Source of the DNA: an uncultured Prevotellaceae bacterium
Lineage (GTDB): Bacteria > Bacteroidota > Bacteroidia > Bacteroidales > Bacteroidaceae
Direction: 5' to 3'
Assembly (NCBI GenBank): GCA_902767045.1
Contig: CACXFT010000104.1
Coordinates: 7,481-71,480 of the forward strand
DNA: 64,000 bases
The translations under genes and the position numbers were made by a program. This document shows positions 28,757-40,486 of the stretch, one piece after another. Numbering within the stretch: position 1 is the first letter of the stretch; every line of letters begins with the position of its first letter. The notes beneath the pieces were generated by a model, which was given only the letters and a program-made list of their open reading frames with translations, was not told where the DNA came from and did not search any database.

Positions 28757-29740
28757 TTGATAGAGAAACATATTGTACTTGAAGACATCGACCCTGTAGT
28801 GTTCTACGGGGTGGGTAATGCACATCTGCAAATGGTGAAATCGCTTTACCCCAAGTTGCGCATTGTGGCACGCGACAATGTGTTGCGCGTGCTCGGCGAC
28901 GAAGAAGAAATGGCCCATCTGGAAGAAAACGTGCAACGCATGCAGCAGCATATAGCCAAGTACAACACCATCAGCGAAGAAGACATTCTCGACATCATCA
29001 AAGGCAGGCAAACCAAAGCCGATGCCGTGAAAGGGGTGGTGTGCTACAGCCTTTCGGGGCGGCCCATCAAAAGCCGGTCGGCCAACCAGCAGAAGCTCAT
29101 CGATGCTTTCGACGAGAACGATATGGTGTTTGCCGTGGGACCGGCCGGAACGGGCAAAACCTATCTGAGCATCGCCCTTGCCGTGAAAGCACTCAAAGAG
29201 AAAACAGCCAAGAAAATAATTCTTTCAAGACCCGCCGTGGAAGCCGGCGAAAAGCTCGGATTCCTGCCGGGCGACATGAAAGACAAGATAGACCCCTATC
29301 TGCAACCCCTCTACGATGCACTCGAAGACATGCTGCCACAGGTGAAACTGCAAGACATGATGGAGAAGCGGGTCATTCAGATTGCACCACTCGCCTTCAT
29401 GCGCGGCCGCACACTCAGCGATGCCGTGGTTATTCTCGACGAAGCGCAAAACACCACCCCCCAGCAGATTCGCATGTTTCTCACTCGCATGGGATGGAAC
29501 ACCAAAATGATTATCACCGGCGACATGACCCAGGTAGACTTGCCCAAACAACAGACAAGCGGACTGAAAGAGGCACTGCACATTCTCAACGGCATTGAGG
29601 GCATTGGAGTGGTGGAACTGGGGCAGAAAGATATTGTAAGGCATAAACTGGTCACACGCATCGTGAACGCCTACGATGCGTTCGACAAAATAAACAATAA
29701 ACCAAATGAAAGCATTAACAACCACCAACTTCAACTTTGA
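28757..29740 (+). CDS. phoH: PhoH family ATPase
   Basis: [37 protein letters not shown]; TTG start. Confidence 0.95.
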   Translation: MIEKHIVLEDIDPVVFYGVGNAHLQMVKSLYPKLRIVARDNVLRVLGDEEEMAHLEENVQRMQQHIAKYNTISEEDILDIIKGRQTKADAVKGVVCYSLSGRPIKSRSANQQKLIDAFDENDMVFAVGPAGTGKTYLSIALAVKALKEKTAKKIILSRPAVEAGEKLGFLPGDMKDKIDPYLQPLYDALEDMLPQVKLQDMMEKRVIQIAPLAFMRGRTLSDAVVILDEAQNTTPQQIRMFLTRMGWNTKMIITGDMTQVDLPKQQTSGLKEALHILNGIEGIGVVELGQKDIVRHKLVTRIVNAYDAFDKINNKPNESINNHQLQL

Positions 29741-30662
29741 GGGACAAAAGAGCGTGTACCATGGCAAGGTGCGCGATGTGTATAACATTAACGACAACCT
29801 GATGGTGATGGTGGCCACCGACCGCATCTCGGCCTTCGACGTGGTGCTGCCCAAGGGAATCCCCTTCAAGGGACAGGTGCTCAACCAGATTGCCGCCAAG
29901 TTCTTAGATGCCACTGCCGACATCTGCCCCAACTGGAAACTGGCCACGCCCGACCCGATGGTTACCGTTGGACTGCGCTGCGAAGGGTTCCGCGTGGAAA
30001 TGATCATCCGCAGCATTCTCACCGGCTCGGCCTGGCGCGAATATCAGAAAGGATGCCGCGAACTGTGCGGAGTGAAACTGCCCGACGGCATGCGTGAGAA
30101 CGAACGGTTCCCCGAACCCATCATCACGCCCACCACAAAAGCCGATGAAGGGCACGACATGAACATCTCGAAGGAAGAAATTATTGCTCAGGGAATTGTT
30201 TCGGCCGAAGATTATGCCATCATGGAAGATTACACCCGCCGCATCTTTGCACGCGGACAGGAAATTGCTGCCAAGCGCGGGCTCATTCTGGTCGACACCA
30301 AGTATGAGTTTGGCAAGCGCGACGGCAAGGTGTATCTCATCGACGAAATTCACACCCCCGACTCAAGCCGCTACTTCTATGCCGATGGCTATGAAGAGAA
30401 ACTGGCCAAGGGTGAACCGCAACGACAGCTCTCGAAAGAGTTTGTGCGCCAGTGGCTCATCGAACACAACTTCATGAACGAACCCGGCCAGCAGATGCCC
30501 GAGATTACCGACGAATATGCCGAGAGCGTTTCAGACCGCTACATCGAACTCTACGAACACATCGTGGGCGAACCCTTCGACAAGGCTGCCGAGGCCGACA
30601 ACATTGCCGCCCGCATTGAGCGCAACGTGGCGCAATGGCTGCAGCAAAACGCCAACAAATAA
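29706..30662 (+). CDS. purC: SAICAR synthetase
   Basis: [32 protein letters not shown]. Confidence 0.97.
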   Translation: MKALTTTNFNFEGQKSVYHGKVRDVYNINDNLMVMVATDRISAFDVVLPKGIPFKGQVLNQIAAKFLDATADICPNWKLATPDPMVTVGLRCEGFRVEMIIRSILTGSAWREYQKGCRELCGVKLPDGMRENERFPEPIITPTTKADEGHDMNISKEEIIAQGIVSAEDYAIMEDYTRRIFARGQEIAAKRGLILVDTKYEFGKRDGKVYLIDEIHTPDSSRYFYADGYEEKLAKGEPQRQLSKEFVRQWLIEHNFMNEPGQQMPEITDEYAESVSDRYIELYEHIVGEPFDKAAEADNIAARIERNVAQWLQQNANK

Positions 30663-30676
30663 ACTTCCTGTTCACA

Positions 30677-31411
30677 TTGTATAAGCAAGAAACCATTAAG
30701 CCCTACAGCAACCAGGGCGAGAAAACACGGCAGGTGGAGGCTATGTTCAACAACATAGCTCCCACCTACGATAAACTCAACCATCGCCTTTCGTGGGATA
30801 TAGACCGCATTTGGAGGCGAAAGGCACTGCGCATGCTCAAACCTCATGCACCGAAGCACATGCTCGACATTGCAACCGGAACAGGAGACTTTGCTATCAT
30901 GGCGGCGCAGATGCTCCACCCTGTCAGGTTGATTGGAACAGACATCAGCGAGAACATGATGATGGTGGGAAAAGAAAAAGTTGAAAAAGCCGGGCTGCAA
31001 CACATCATTCAGTTTGAGAAAGAAGACTGCATGCACCTTTCCTATGCCAGTGAAAGCTTCGATGCCGTTACGGCGGCTTTCGGCATCAGAAACTTCTCTA
31101 ACCTCGAACAGGGATTGAGCGAAATGTGCCGCGTGCTGCGAAAGGGAGGTCACCTGTGCATTGCCGAACTCACCACACCCGTGAGCTTTCCCATGAAACA
31201 GCTTTTCGCCATCTATTCACACACCGTGCTCCCGCTCTATGGGCGGGCCATCTCTAAGGATGTGAGTGCCTATTCCTATCTCACCAAAACCATAGAGGCC
31301 TTCCCACAGGGCGAAAAAATGGTGGGCATTCTTGCAAGGGCAGGGTTCGCGCAATGCACTTTCCTGCGGCTCACCTTCGGCATCTGCACACTCTATTTCG
31401 CAACCAAGTGA
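30677..31411 (+). CDS. menG: Demethylmenaquinone methyltransferase (UbiE/MenG)
   Basis: [27 protein letters not shown]; likely TTG start at 30677. Confidence 0.9.
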   Translation: MYKQETIKPYSNQGEKTRQVEAMFNNIAPTYDKLNHRLSWDIDRIWRRKALRMLKPHAPKHMLDIATGTGDFAIMAAQMLHPVRLIGTDISENMMMVGKEKVEKAGLQHIIQFEKEDCMHLSYASESFDAVTAAFGIRNFSNLEQGLSEMCRVLRKGGHLCIAELTTPVSFPMKQLFAIYSHTVLPLYGRAISKDVSAYSYLTKTIEAFPQGEKMVGILARAGFAQCTFLRLTFGICTLYFATK

Positions 31412-31467
31412 ACTTTCTACCTCACACCACAGCTCATATTTGAAACTGCCACAAAACATCACAGCTC

Positions 31468-32214
31468 ATGAAAAAATTCGGACTCGTAGGCTTCCCCCTC
31501 GGACATTCTTTCTCCAGCAAGTTTTTCAACGAGAAGTTCCAAAACGAACATATCGATGCACAATACGAAAACTTCGAACTGCCCAGCATCGAACAGCTGC
31601 CTGCCTTGCTCGCCGCCAATCCCCAACTGTGCGGGTTGAATGTAACCATTCCCTACAAGGAGAAGATTATTCCGTTTCTCAACGACATGAGCAACGAGGC
31701 GAAAGCCATTGGAGCGGTGAATGTGGTGAAAGTTTTGCAACAGGGCAACCGTCCCCGGCTCATTGGCTACAACAGCGATGTGATTGGTTTCAGCGGCAGC
31801 ATAGAACCCTTGCTGGCAGCGCATCATCGCCGGGCATTGGTGTTGGGAACAGGCGGCGCATCGAAAGCCGTGCTCTATGCCCTTCACAAACTGGGGGTGG
31901 AAACGCAACTGGTGAGCAGGGTAGGGCGCAGTGGCATCATCAGCTATGCCGACATCACACCCCACATGCTGGCCAACGATTTTAAGCTTGTGGTGAACTG
32001 CACACCCGTGGGCATGTATCCACATACCGACGAATGTCCGCCACTGCCCTACGAGGCCATGAACGAACAAACACTGCTCTACGACCTGGTGTATAACCCC
32101 AGTGAAACACTTTTCATGAAACGGGGAGCTGAACATGGGGCCGTGGTGAAAAACGGATTGGAAATGTTGCTCTTGCAGGCTTATGCCTCGTGGGATTTCT
32201 GGAACAAAGAGTGA
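31468..32214 (+). CDS. aroE: Shikimate dehydrogenase
   Basis: G.PLGHSFS, NVTIPYK, IGAVN, GTGGA, DLVYNP, NGLEMLLLQA. Confidence 0.95.
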   Translation: MKKFGLVGFPLGHSFSSKFFNEKFQNEHIDAQYENFELPSIEQLPALLAANPQLCGLNVTIPYKEKIIPFLNDMSNEAKAIGAVNVVKVLQQGNRPRLIGYNSDVIGFSGSIEPLLAAHHRRALVLGTGGASKAVLYALHKLGVETQLVSRVGRSGIISYADITPHMLANDFKLVVNCTPVGMYPHTDECPPLPYEAMNEQTLLYDLVYNPSETLFMKRGAEHGAVVKNGLEMLLLQAYASWDFWNKE

Positions 32215-32239
32215 AACGCAAATACAGGAATAGCTGCTT

Positions 32240-33340
32240 ATGATAACCTATGCCGACAACCTGAAAATGCTGACCAACAGGTATAACAATGCCATCCGTC
32301 AGCTGAAACATTCCTATATGCAGGAAGAGCATCAAACGGGAATGTTCGGGGGCATGGGCTCTGCTTCTCTGGCTCAACGCTATTCTAACCGCTATCTACA
32401 GCTGGCAGCCAGCTACAGGCAAGAGGCTGCGCAAATGCTCAGCCTGCAACAGCGCGCCAATCCTTCGTGGGCGAAATGGCGAAAGCTGTGGGCGTGGTGC
32501 TTTGTGGCGGGCGTGCTCTTGGCCGTCACCTGTTGCCAATATGCTCTTCCTGCAGCAGAACCGCAGGCAGCCGTTGCCAACACCACAGAAAGTGTTACTT
32601 ACTGGAATGCCGAAAACATTCCCATTCCTTTCCTCCAAGACTCCACACAATATGTGTCAAACCCCGACCATGTGCTCTCACCCCAAGCCGTGCAGCGCAT
32701 GAACGGCACCCTGCTCTCATTAGACAAACAGCTGGGGGTGCAGTCGGTGGTGATTGTGGTGAACCATATTGAAAACGACGACCCCTTTCGCATGGCGCAG
32801 GATGTGGGCAACCGATATGGGGTGGGCGTTGGCGACCGCGGACTAATGGTGGTGGTGGGGTATGAAGACCACAGCATCAACATCTCGCCGGGGCGTTCGC
32901 TTGAAGCCGACCTCACCGATGCCGAGTGCCACCGCCTTGAACAGCGCTTTGTGGTGCCTGCCATGAAAGTCCAACAACCCGACAGCGCCATGATATACCT
33001 TGTGGAGGGCATCTATGCCCTGTTGCAACAGAAACCCATGCCCACCATGAGTGTAAGCAAACAGGAAGACTCTTCGGCCGAAGACCTGCCCGTGCTTCTC
33101 ACCATGGTGTTCCTCACGGGGTGGGCGCTCTTCTTCGTCAGGCTGAACCGCAAATATGTGTGGATTGCCCTGCTCAACAACATCGGTCTCATGGCCAACC
33201 CCTTCCACACGGGTTCGGGCTTCTATATGGGCGGCTTCGGCGGAGGTCATGGTGGCGGCTTTGGCGGCGGCGGCGGTTTCAGCGGAGGTTCGTTCGGCGG
33301 CGGCTCGTTCGGTGGTGGAGGTGCCACTTCGCGATGGTGA
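32240..33340 (+). CDS. TPM-domain membrane protein with Gly-rich tail
   Basis: YVSNPD.VLS, GVG..DRGL, G..LEADLTDA, C-terminal GGGSFGGGGATSRW; adjacent to lemA. Confidence 0.88.
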   Translation: MITYADNLKMLTNRYNNAIRQLKHSYMQEEHQTGMFGGMGSASLAQRYSNRYLQLAASYRQEAAQMLSLQQRANPSWAKWRKLWAWCFVAGVLLAVTCCQYALPAAEPQAAVANTTESVTYWNAENIPIPFLQDSTQYVSNPDHVLSPQAVQRMNGTLLSLDKQLGVQSVVIVVNHIENDDPFRMAQDVGNRYGVGVGDRGLMVVVGYEDHSINISPGRSLEADLTDAECHRLEQRFVVPAMKVQQPDSAMIYLVEGIYALLQQKPMPTMSVSKQEDSSAEDLPVLLTMVFLTGWALFFVRLNRKYVWIALLNNIGLMANPFHTGSGFYMGGFGGGHGGGFGGGGGFSGGSFGGGSFGGGGATSRW

Positions 33341-33400
33341 ACGATTCATCGCGCCGGTGAACAATAAACAGCTAATATACAACAAATTATACCATCTATT

Positions 33401-33991
33401 ATGAAGAAAATGAATAAAACGCTCATCGCTGTTGTTGCAGCAGTTGTGGTTATTGGATTTTGGATGTCTAACTCCTATAATTCAATGGTTCGTGAACAGG
33501 AAACGGTCACCACCGCATTGGCCAACCTGCAGTCGGCCTACCAGCGCCGTGCCGACCTCATACCCAATCTGGTGGAAACGGTGAAGGGGTATGCAGCCCA
33601 CGAAAAGGAAACTTTCGAAGCCGTCACCAATGCGCGCGCCAAGGCCACCAGCATCAATGTAGACCTTGCCAACATGACACCCGAGAAAATCAAACAGTTT
33701 CAGGAAGCGCAGGGCGAACTCTCCACGGCGCTTGGGCGTTTGCTTCGTGTGCAAGAGAACTATCCCGAACTGAAGGCTAACGAAAACTTCCGCGACTTGC
33801 AGGTGCAGCTCGAAGGAACCGAAAACCGCATCAACGAAGCGCGCAACACCTACAACCAGGTGGTGCAGCAATATAACGTGGCCGTTCGCTCGTTCCCCAA
33901 GAACGTGCTCGCCGGCATGTTCGGCTTCTCACAGATGCAGAAGTTCGAATCGGAGGCAGGTGCCGAAAAAGCTCCGCAAGTAAAGTTCTGA
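33401..33991 (+). CDS. lemA: LemA family protein
   Basis: YQRRADLIPNLVETVKGYAAHE, ENYPELKA.ENF..LQ.QLEGTENRI. Confidence 0.95.
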   Translation: MKKMNKTLIAVVAAVVVIGFWMSNSYNSMVREQETVTTALANLQSAYQRRADLIPNLVETVKGYAAHEKETFEAVTNARAKATSINVDLANMTPEKIKQFQEAQGELSTALGRLLRVQENYPELKANENFRDLQVQLEGTENRINEARNTYNQVVQQYNVAVRSFPKNVLAGMFGFSQMQKFESEAGAEKAPQVKF

Positions 33992-34007
33992 AAATAAAGA
34001 TAAATAT

Positions 34008-35171
34008 ATGAACAACAGATATATGCAGCGCGGCGTGAGTGCCGCAAAAGAAGACGTTCACAACGCCATTAAAAACATTGATAAGGGAATATTCCCGCAG
34101 GCGTTCTGCAAAATCATTCCCGACATCCTGGGCGGCGACCCTGAGTATTGCAACATCATGCATGCCGACGGGGCAGGCACCAAATCGAGCCTTGCCTATA
34201 TGTATTGGCGCGAAACAGGCGACATGAGCGTGTGGAAAGGCATCGCACAGGATGCCATCGTCATGAACACCGACGACCTGCTCTGCGTGGGCGCGGTAGA
34301 CAACATCCTGGTGAGCTCCACCATCGGCCGAAACAAAATGCTCATTCCCGGTGAAGTGATCTCGGCCATCATCAACGGCACCGACGAACTGCTGGCCGAA
34401 CTTCGCGAAATGGGCATCGGCATCTGGCCCACAGGAGGCGAAACAGCCGACGTGGGCGACCTGGTGAGAACCATCATCGTCGACTCTACCGTCACCTGCC
34501 GCATGAAACGCAAAGATGTAATCGACAATGCCAACATACGTCCGGGCGACGTGATTGTGGGGCTCTCCTCAACCGGGCAGGCCACCTACGAGAAAAGCTA
34601 CAATGGCGGCATGGGCAGCAACGGACTCACATCGGCCCGTCACGATGTGTTTGCCAAATATCTCGCCGAGAAATTCCCTGAAAGCTTCGACCACGCCGTT
34701 CCCGACGAACTGGTGTATAGCGGCCGCTATCAGCTCACCGATCAAGTAGACGGAGCACCCGTGAATGCCGGCAAACTGGTGCTTTCGCCCACCCGCACCT
34801 ATGCACCTGTCATTAAAAAGGTGCTCGACCAGCTGCGACCCCACATTCATGGCATGGTGCACTGCACCGGCGGGGCGCAAACCAAGGTGCTCCATTTCGT
34901 AGGCGACGATTGCCGTGTGGTGAAAGACCACATGTTCCCCGTGCCCCCGCTTTTCCGTGCTATCCACGAATGTTCCGCTACAGACTGGCGCGAGATGTAT
35001 CAGGTGTTCAACATGGGTCATCGCATGGAAATTTATGTGCGCCCCGAAGTGGCTCAGCAGGTGATAGCCATCTCCAAGTCGTTCAACATAGATGCTCAGG
35101 TTGTGGGCCATATCGAGCAGGGCAAACGTTCGCTCACCATCAGCAGCGAATTTGGAGAATTTGATTATTAG
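34008..35171 (+). CDS. purM: AIR synthase (phosphoribosylformylglycinamidine cyclo-ligase)
   Basis: HADGAGTK, GGETAD, SNGLT, HCTGG, MYQVFNMG. Confidence 0.93.
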   Translation: MNNRYMQRGVSAAKEDVHNAIKNIDKGIFPQAFCKIIPDILGGDPEYCNIMHADGAGTKSSLAYMYWRETGDMSVWKGIAQDAIVMNTDDLLCVGAVDNILVSSTIGRNKMLIPGEVISAIINGTDELLAELREMGIGIWPTGGETADVGDLVRTIIVDSTVTCRMKRKDVIDNANIRPGDVIVGLSSTGQATYEKSYNGGMGSNGLTSARHDVFAKYLAEKFPESFDHAVPDELVYSGRYQLTDQVDGAPVNAGKLVLSPTRTYAPVIKKVLDQLRPHIHGMVHCTGGAQTKVLHFVGDDCRVVKDHMFPVPPLFRAIHECSATDWREMYQVFNMGHRMEIYVRPEVAQQVIAISKSFNIDAQVVGHIEQGKRSLTISSEFGEFDY

Positions 35172-35200
35172 CCTCGCACCCCCGCACCCTCGCACCTCCG
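35172..35200. repeat. Short 8-bp-period repeat (cgcacc core) after purM stop
   Basis: cgcacc at 35175, 35183, 35191. Confidence 0.6.
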
Positions 35201-35223
35201 AATAAAAACTTAAAACAACAAAC

Positions 35224-36333
35224 ATGGACAACAATAGCATATTGCAAAAGCTCGACGGACTGGAAGCAAGGTTTGAAGAGGTTTCAACACTCATCACCGA
35301 CCCCAATGTGATTGCCGACCAGCAACGTTTCGTGAAGCTCACAAAAGAATATAAAGACCTGGGCGACATCATGGATGCCCGCAAGCGCTACATCGCCTGT
35401 CTCAATTCCATCAAAGAGGCGAAAGACATCCTTGCCAACGAAGAAGACCCAGAAATGAAGGAAATGGCGCGCGAAGAATTGGCCGCTAACGAAGAACTCC
35501 AGCCCAAGCTGGAGGAAGAAATCAAAATCGCTCTCATTCCCAAAGATCCCGAAGACGCCAAGAACGTGCAAATGGAAATTCGTGCCGGAACGGGCGGCGA
35601 CGAAGCATGCCTCTTTGCCGGCGACCTGTTCCAGATGTACAAGCGGTTCTGCGACTCCAAGGGATGGCAGCTGTCGGTTACCGACTTCAACGAGGGTGCC
35701 GTGGGCGGCTATAAAGAGATTGACTTTGCCGTGAGCGGAGCCGATGTGTATGGAACCCTCAAGTATGAGTCGGGAGTGCATCGCGTGCAACGCGTGCCCG
35801 TCACCGAAAGCAACGGACGCATGCAAACCTCCGCGGCTACTGTGGCCGTGCTGCCCGAAGCCGATAAGTTTGAGGTGAACATCAACGAAGGAGAAATCAA
35901 ATGGGACACCTTCCGGTCGAGTGGGGCAGGCGGACAGAATGTGAACAAGGTGGAATCGGGTGTGAGACTGCGCTACATGTGGAAAAACCCCAATACAGGC
36001 GAAACGGAGGAAATCTTGATCGAGTGCACCGAAACACGCGACCAGCCCAAGAACAAGGAGCGTGCCCTTTCGCGCCTCTATACCTTTATATATGATAAGG
36101 AACACCAGAAGTATGTAGACGATATTGCCAACCGGCGCAAGAGTCTGGTCTCTACCGGCGACCGCTCAGCTAAAATACGCACATACAATTTCCCGCAAGG
36201 GCGTGTTACCGACCATCGCATCGGCTACACCACCCACGACCTGCAGGGATTTCTTGGCGGCGACATTCAAGCCATGATTGATGCACTCACCGTGGCCGAA
36301 AACGCCGAACGGATGAAAGAAGCTAAATTATAA
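35224..36333 (+). CDS. prfA: Peptide chain release factor 1
   Basis: GVHRVQRVPVTES (PxT motif), GAGGQNVNK, IRTYNFPQGR. Confidence 0.97.
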   Translation: MDNNSILQKLDGLEARFEEVSTLITDPNVIADQQRFVKLTKEYKDLGDIMDARKRYIACLNSIKEAKDILANEEDPEMKEMAREELAANEELQPKLEEEIKIALIPKDPEDAKNVQMEIRAGTGGDEACLFAGDLFQMYKRFCDSKGWQLSVTDFNEGAVGGYKEIDFAVSGADVYGTLKYESGVHRVQRVPVTESNGRMQTSAATVAVLPEADKFEVNINEGEIKWDTFRSSGAGGQNVNKVESGVRLRYMWKNPNTGETEEILIECTETRDQPKNKERALSRLYTFIYDKEHQKYVDDIANRRKSLVSTGDRSAKIRTYNFPQGRVTDHRIGYTTHDLQGFLGGDIQAMIDALTVAENAERMKEAKL

Positions 36334-36348
36334 ACCTAACGGAAGAAT

Positions 36349-37179
36349 ATGAACAGACAAGAATTAGTTAAACAGATAAAAGAGAAGAACAGTTTCCTTT
36401 GCGTGGGACTGGATACCGACCTGAAGAAAGTGCCGCAGCATTTGCTCAGCGAAGAGAACCCCATCTTCTGCTTCAATAAGGCTATTATCGATGCCACGGC
36501 TCCCTATTGCGTGGCCTATAAACCAAACCTCGCTTTCTACGAGGCCTACGGCCTTGAAGGAATGAAAGCCTTCGAGCAAACCATCAGCTATTTGAAATCG
36601 TCGTGCCCCAACCACTTCATCATTGCCGATGCCAAAAGGGGCGACATTGGAAACACGTCCGCCATGTATGCACGAACGTTTTTCGAAGCATATAATGTTG
36701 ACTCGCTCACTGTGGCACCATATATGGGAGAAGACAGCGTCACCCCCTTCCTCTCTTACAAAAACAAATGGGTGATTCTGTTGGCACTCACCAGCAACAA
36801 GGGAAGCGCCGACTTCCAGCTCATGGCCGATGCACAGGGCGAGCGTCTCTTCGAGAAAGTGCTGAAAACTTCCCTTCAGTGGGGCAACGAAGAAAACATG
36901 ATGTATGTGGTGGGAGCCACCCAGGGCCGCATGTTCGAAGACATTCGCCGCCTCGTTCCCAACCACTTCCTGCTGGTGCCCGGAGTGGGCGCACAAGGCG
37001 GGTCGCTCGAAGAGGTGTGCCGCTATGGTATGACGCTCGATTGCGGGTTGCTCGTGAACTCCTCACGCGGCATCATCTATGCCTCCAACGGCCCCGACTA
37101 TGCACAGGCTGCAGCACAGGCCGCACACACACTGCAACAGCAAATGGCTGCTCTGTTGAAAGAATATGCACTCAGATAA
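36349..37179 (+). CDS. pyrF: Orotidine-5'-phosphate decarboxylase
   Basis: [32 protein letters not shown]. Confidence 0.96.
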   Translation: MNRQELVKQIKEKNSFLCVGLDTDLKKVPQHLLSEENPIFCFNKAIIDATAPYCVAYKPNLAFYEAYGLEGMKAFEQTISYLKSSCPNHFIIADAKRGDIGNTSAMYARTFFEAYNVDSLTVAPYMGEDSVTPFLSYKNKWVILLALTSNKGSADFQLMADAQGERLFEKVLKTSLQWGNEENMMYVVGATQGRMFEDIRRLVPNHFLLVPGVGAQGGSLEEVCRYGMTLDCGLLVNSSRGIIYASNGPDYAQAAAQAAHTLQQQMAALLKEYALR

Positions 37180-37281
37180 AGGGTTTTTCAAGTAAAAAAT
37201 GCAAATATTAGTACTTCTTTCGCCTTTTCTGAAAATTATTTGCTATATTTGCACGTTTAAATGAATAAAAATTAAAACATC

Positions 37282-38271
37282 ATGGAATTTAAAGCAATCC
37301 AAATAGCCCAACTCATTGAAGGGCGAATAGAAGGCGACGAGAACGCTGTGGTCAACTCCTTCGCCAAAATCGAAGAGGGAAAGCCGGGCGCCATCTCGTT
37401 CCTCTCAAATCCCAAATACACACACTATATCTACGATACCGAGTCGTCGGTGGTGCTCGTCGATGAAAGCGTGCAGCTCGAAAAACCGGTGAAGGCAACG
37501 CTCATCAGGGTGAAGAATGCCTACGAGAGCGTGGCCAAGCTGCTGCAAATCTATGCATCCATGCTGCCCAAGAAAACAGGCATAGACCCTCTGGCCTTCG
37601 TCTCACCCTCTGCCAAGGTGGGCAAGAACACCTGGGTGGGACCCTTCGCCTATGTGGGCGACAATGTTGTCATTGGCGACAATTGTCAGGTCAACCCCCA
37701 TGTAACCATCTATCACGATTGCCGCATCGGAAACAACGTCATCCTCCATTCCGGCAGCGTGATCGGTGCCGATGGCTTTGGCTTCGCTCCCACTCCCGAT
37801 GGCTACGATAAGATTCCCCAGCTGGGCATCGTCACCATCGAAGACAATGTAGAGATTGGTGCCAACACCTGCATCGACCGCTCCACCATGGGCAGCACCT
37901 ACGTTCGCAAGGGCGTGAAGCTCGACAACCTGGTGCAGATTGCCCATAACACCGATATTGGTGAAAACACCGTCATGTCGGCTCAGGTGGGAGTGGCAGG
38001 CTCAACAAAAGTGGGACAGTGGTGCATGTTCGGCGGTCAGGTGGGCATTGCCGGCCACATCACCATCGGCAACAAAGTGCTGCTCGGTGCACAGTCGGGC
38101 GTGCCCAGCAGCCTGAAAGACAACCAAACGCTCATCGGCACACCACCCATGGAAAAACTTCCGTTCTTCAAGTCGCAGGCCATCTTCCAGCGCCTGCCCG
38201 AACTGTATAAGCAAATCCAGGCCCTGCAGAAAGAAGTGGAATCGCTGAAGAAACAAATCAATAATCAATAA
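37282..38271 (+). CDS. lpxD: UDP-3-O-acylglucosamine N-acyltransferase
   Basis: FLSNPKY, hexapeptide repeats, [19 protein letters not shown]. Confidence 0.96.
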   Translation: MEFKAIQIAQLIEGRIEGDENAVVNSFAKIEEGKPGAISFLSNPKYTHYIYDTESSVVLVDESVQLEKPVKATLIRVKNAYESVAKLLQIYASMLPKKTGIDPLAFVSPSAKVGKNTWVGPFAYVGDNVVIGDNCQVNPHVTIYHDCRIGNNVILHSGSVIGADGFGFAPTPDGYDKIPQLGIVTIEDNVEIGANTCIDRSTMGSTYVRKGVKLDNLVQIAHNTDIGENTVMSAQVGVAGSTKVGQWCMFGGQVGIAGHITIGNKVLLGAQSGVPSSLKDNQTLIGTPPMEKLPFFKSQAIFQRLPELYKQIQALQKEVESLKKQINNQ

Positions 38272-38291
38272 GCTCAAACCAATTTAAATAA

Positions 38292-39683
38292 ATGGAAGCA
38301 GTTAAACAGACAACTCTGAAGGGCAGCTTCTCGCTGTTCGGAAAAGGACTTCATACAGGATTGAGTCTCACCATCACTTTCAATCCGGCTCCCGAAAACA
38401 CAGGATATAAAATTCAGCGCATCGACCTTCCGGGCGAACCCGTCATCGATGCCATTGCCGAGAAAGTGGTCGACACACAGCGAGGTACCGTCATTGCCGA
38501 CGGCGACATGCGTGTTTCAACCATCGAACATGGCATGGCGGCCCTCTATGCCTTGGGCATCGACAACTGTCTCATTCAGGTGAACGGACCTGAGTTCCCC
38601 ATCCTCGACGGCTCCGCTGCCATGTATGTAGAGAAAATCAAAGAAATTGGCATCGTTGAGCAGAACGCAACCAAAGACTATTACATCATCCGTCATAAGA
38701 TAGAGGTGAAAGACGAAACGTCGGGCTCATGCATCACCATCCTCCCCGACGACGACTTCAGCATCACTGCCATGTGCTCTTTCGAGTCGAAGTTCATCAA
38801 CAGCCAGTTTGCCACGCTCGACAACATCTCCAAGTTCCCGGACGAGATAGCACCCGCCCGCACCTTCGTTTTCGTGCGCGACATCATGCCCCTGCTCGAA
38901 GCCAACCTCATCAAGGGCGGCGACATGGATAATGCCATCGTCATCTATGAGCGCGAGGTGAGCCAAGAAAAACTCGACCACCTCGCCGATGTGCTCAACG
39001 TGCCACACATGGATGCCACCAAGATTGGTTACATCCAGCATAAACCCCTCATGTGGGAAAACGAGTGCACACGCCATAAGCTGCTCGACATCATTGGCGA
39101 CATGGCACTCATCGGCAAACCCATCAAGGGGCGCATCGTGGCAACACGCCCCGGCCACACCGTCAACAACCGCTTCGCAAGGCTCATGCGCAAGGAAATT
39201 CGCAAACACGAAATCCAGGCTCCCATCTACAACCCCAACGAAGGACCTGTGATGGATAACATACGCATCCGCGAACTCCTTCCCCATCGCTATCCCATGC
39301 AGCTCGTCGATAAGGTCATTGCCATGGGTCCCAACAGCATCGTGGGCGTGAAGAATGTCACGGCCAACGAACCCTTCTTCGTGGGCCACTTCCCACAGGA
39401 ACCGGTCATGCCGGGCGTGTTGCAGATAGAGGCCATTGCCCAGTGCGGTGGTCTGCTCGTGCTCAACCAGGTGGAAGAGCCCGAACGCTGGAGCACCTAT
39501 TTCCTGAAAATAGACAATGTGAAGTTCCGGCAGAAAGTGGTGCCCGGCGACACCCTCCTCTTCAAAGTGGAGATGATTACCCCCGTGCGCCATGGCATCA
39601 GCACCATGCGCGGCTATGTGTTCGTTGGCGACCATGTGGTTTCAGAGGCCACCTTTACGGCGCAAATCGTTAAAAACAAATAA
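38292..39683 (+). CDS. lpxC: Bifunctional LpxC/FabZ
   Basis: G.GLHTG, TIEH, PILDGSA, RHKLLD.IGD; then LPHRYP, GHFP.EPVMPGVLQIEA. Confidence 0.96.
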   Translation: MEAVKQTTLKGSFSLFGKGLHTGLSLTITFNPAPENTGYKIQRIDLPGEPVIDAIAEKVVDTQRGTVIADGDMRVSTIEHGMAALYALGIDNCLIQVNGPEFPILDGSAAMYVEKIKEIGIVEQNATKDYYIIRHKIEVKDETSGSCITILPDDDFSITAMCSFESKFINSQFATLDNISKFPDEIAPARTFVFVRDIMPLLEANLIKGGDMDNAIVIYEREVSQEKLDHLADVLNVPHMDATKIGYIQHKPLMWENECTRHKLLDIIGDMALIGKPIKGRIVATRPGHTVNNRFARLMRKEIRKHEIQAPIYNPNEGPVMDNIRIRELLPHRYPMQLVDKVIAMGPNSIVGVKNVTANEPFFVGHFPQEPVMPGVLQIEAIAQCGGLLVLNQVEEPERWSTYFLKIDNVKFRQKVVPGDTLLFKVEMITPVRHGISTMRGYVFVGDHVVSEATFTAQIVKNK

Positions 39684-39715
39684 TCAACCATAACTTATAT
39701 CCCATTCCTTATAAC

Positions 39716-40486
39716 ATGAATCAAATCAGCCCCTTGGCATACGTCCATCCTGAAGCGAAAATGGGCGATGGCAACATCATCGGCCCCTTCTGCTTCATCG
39801 ACCGCAACACCGTTATGGGTGACAACAACGTGCTGCAAAACAGTGTCACCATCAACTATGGCATGCGCATGGGCTCGGGCAACGAGATCATGCCCGGTGC
39901 CAGCCTCTCCACCAAGCCGCAAGACCTGAAGTTCCGGGGTGAAGACACCATCTGTGAAATCGGCGACAACAACAGCATCCGTGAGAATGTGACCATCTCC
40001 CGTGGCACTGCCTCCAAGGGGGTCACACATGTGGGGTCGGGCAACCTGCTCATGGAGAACATGCACATCGGTCACGACTGCGTGATTGGCAATGGCTGCA
40101 TCATCGGCAACTCCACCAAGCTGGCCGGCGAAGTGGTAATCGACGACAATGCCATCCTCAGTGCAACCGTACTGGCGCACCAGTTCTGCCGCGTGGGGGG
40201 ATATGTGATGATACAGGGCGGATGTGGGTTCAGTCAAGACATCCCTCCTTACATCATCGCCGGAAAACACCCCATACGCTTTGCCGGTCTCAACCTCGTG
40301 GGCCTGCGCCGCAGGGGGTTCAGCAACGAACTCATCACCCTCATCCACGATGCCTACCGCCTGCTCTATAGCAAGGGCATCATGGCCGAAGGCATCGAAG
40401 AAATCAAGCGCAACCTGCAGATCACACCAGAGATTCAATACATCATCGATTTCGTTTCTTCATCTAAGCGTGGAATCATCCGGTAA
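39716..40486 (+). CDS. lpxA: UDP-N-acetylglucosamine acyltransferase
   Basis: PQDLKF, IRE.VTI.RGT, HIGHDC, HQFCRVG, GLNLVGLRRRGF. Confidence 0.96.
   Translation: MNQISPLAYVHPEAKMGDGNIIGPFCFIDRNTVMGDNNVLQNSVTINYGMRMGSGNEIMPGASLSTKPQDLKFRGEDTICEIGDNNSIRENVTISRGTASKGVTHVGSGNLLMENMHIGHDCVIGNGCIIGNSTKLAGEVVIDDNAILSATVLAHQFCRVGGYVMIQGGCGFSQDIPPYIIAGKHPIRFAGLNLVGLRRRGFSNELITLIHDAYRLLYSKGIMAEGIEEIKRNLQITPEIQYIIDFVSSSKRGIIR

Noticed and set aside
40224-40469. N-terminal extension of MiaA in the ORF track
   Set aside because: Lies inside lpxA in another frame; GTG 40470 gives a normal-length protein. Track starts for purA, leuA, dnaB, fur, menG and the TonB receptor are similarly overextended
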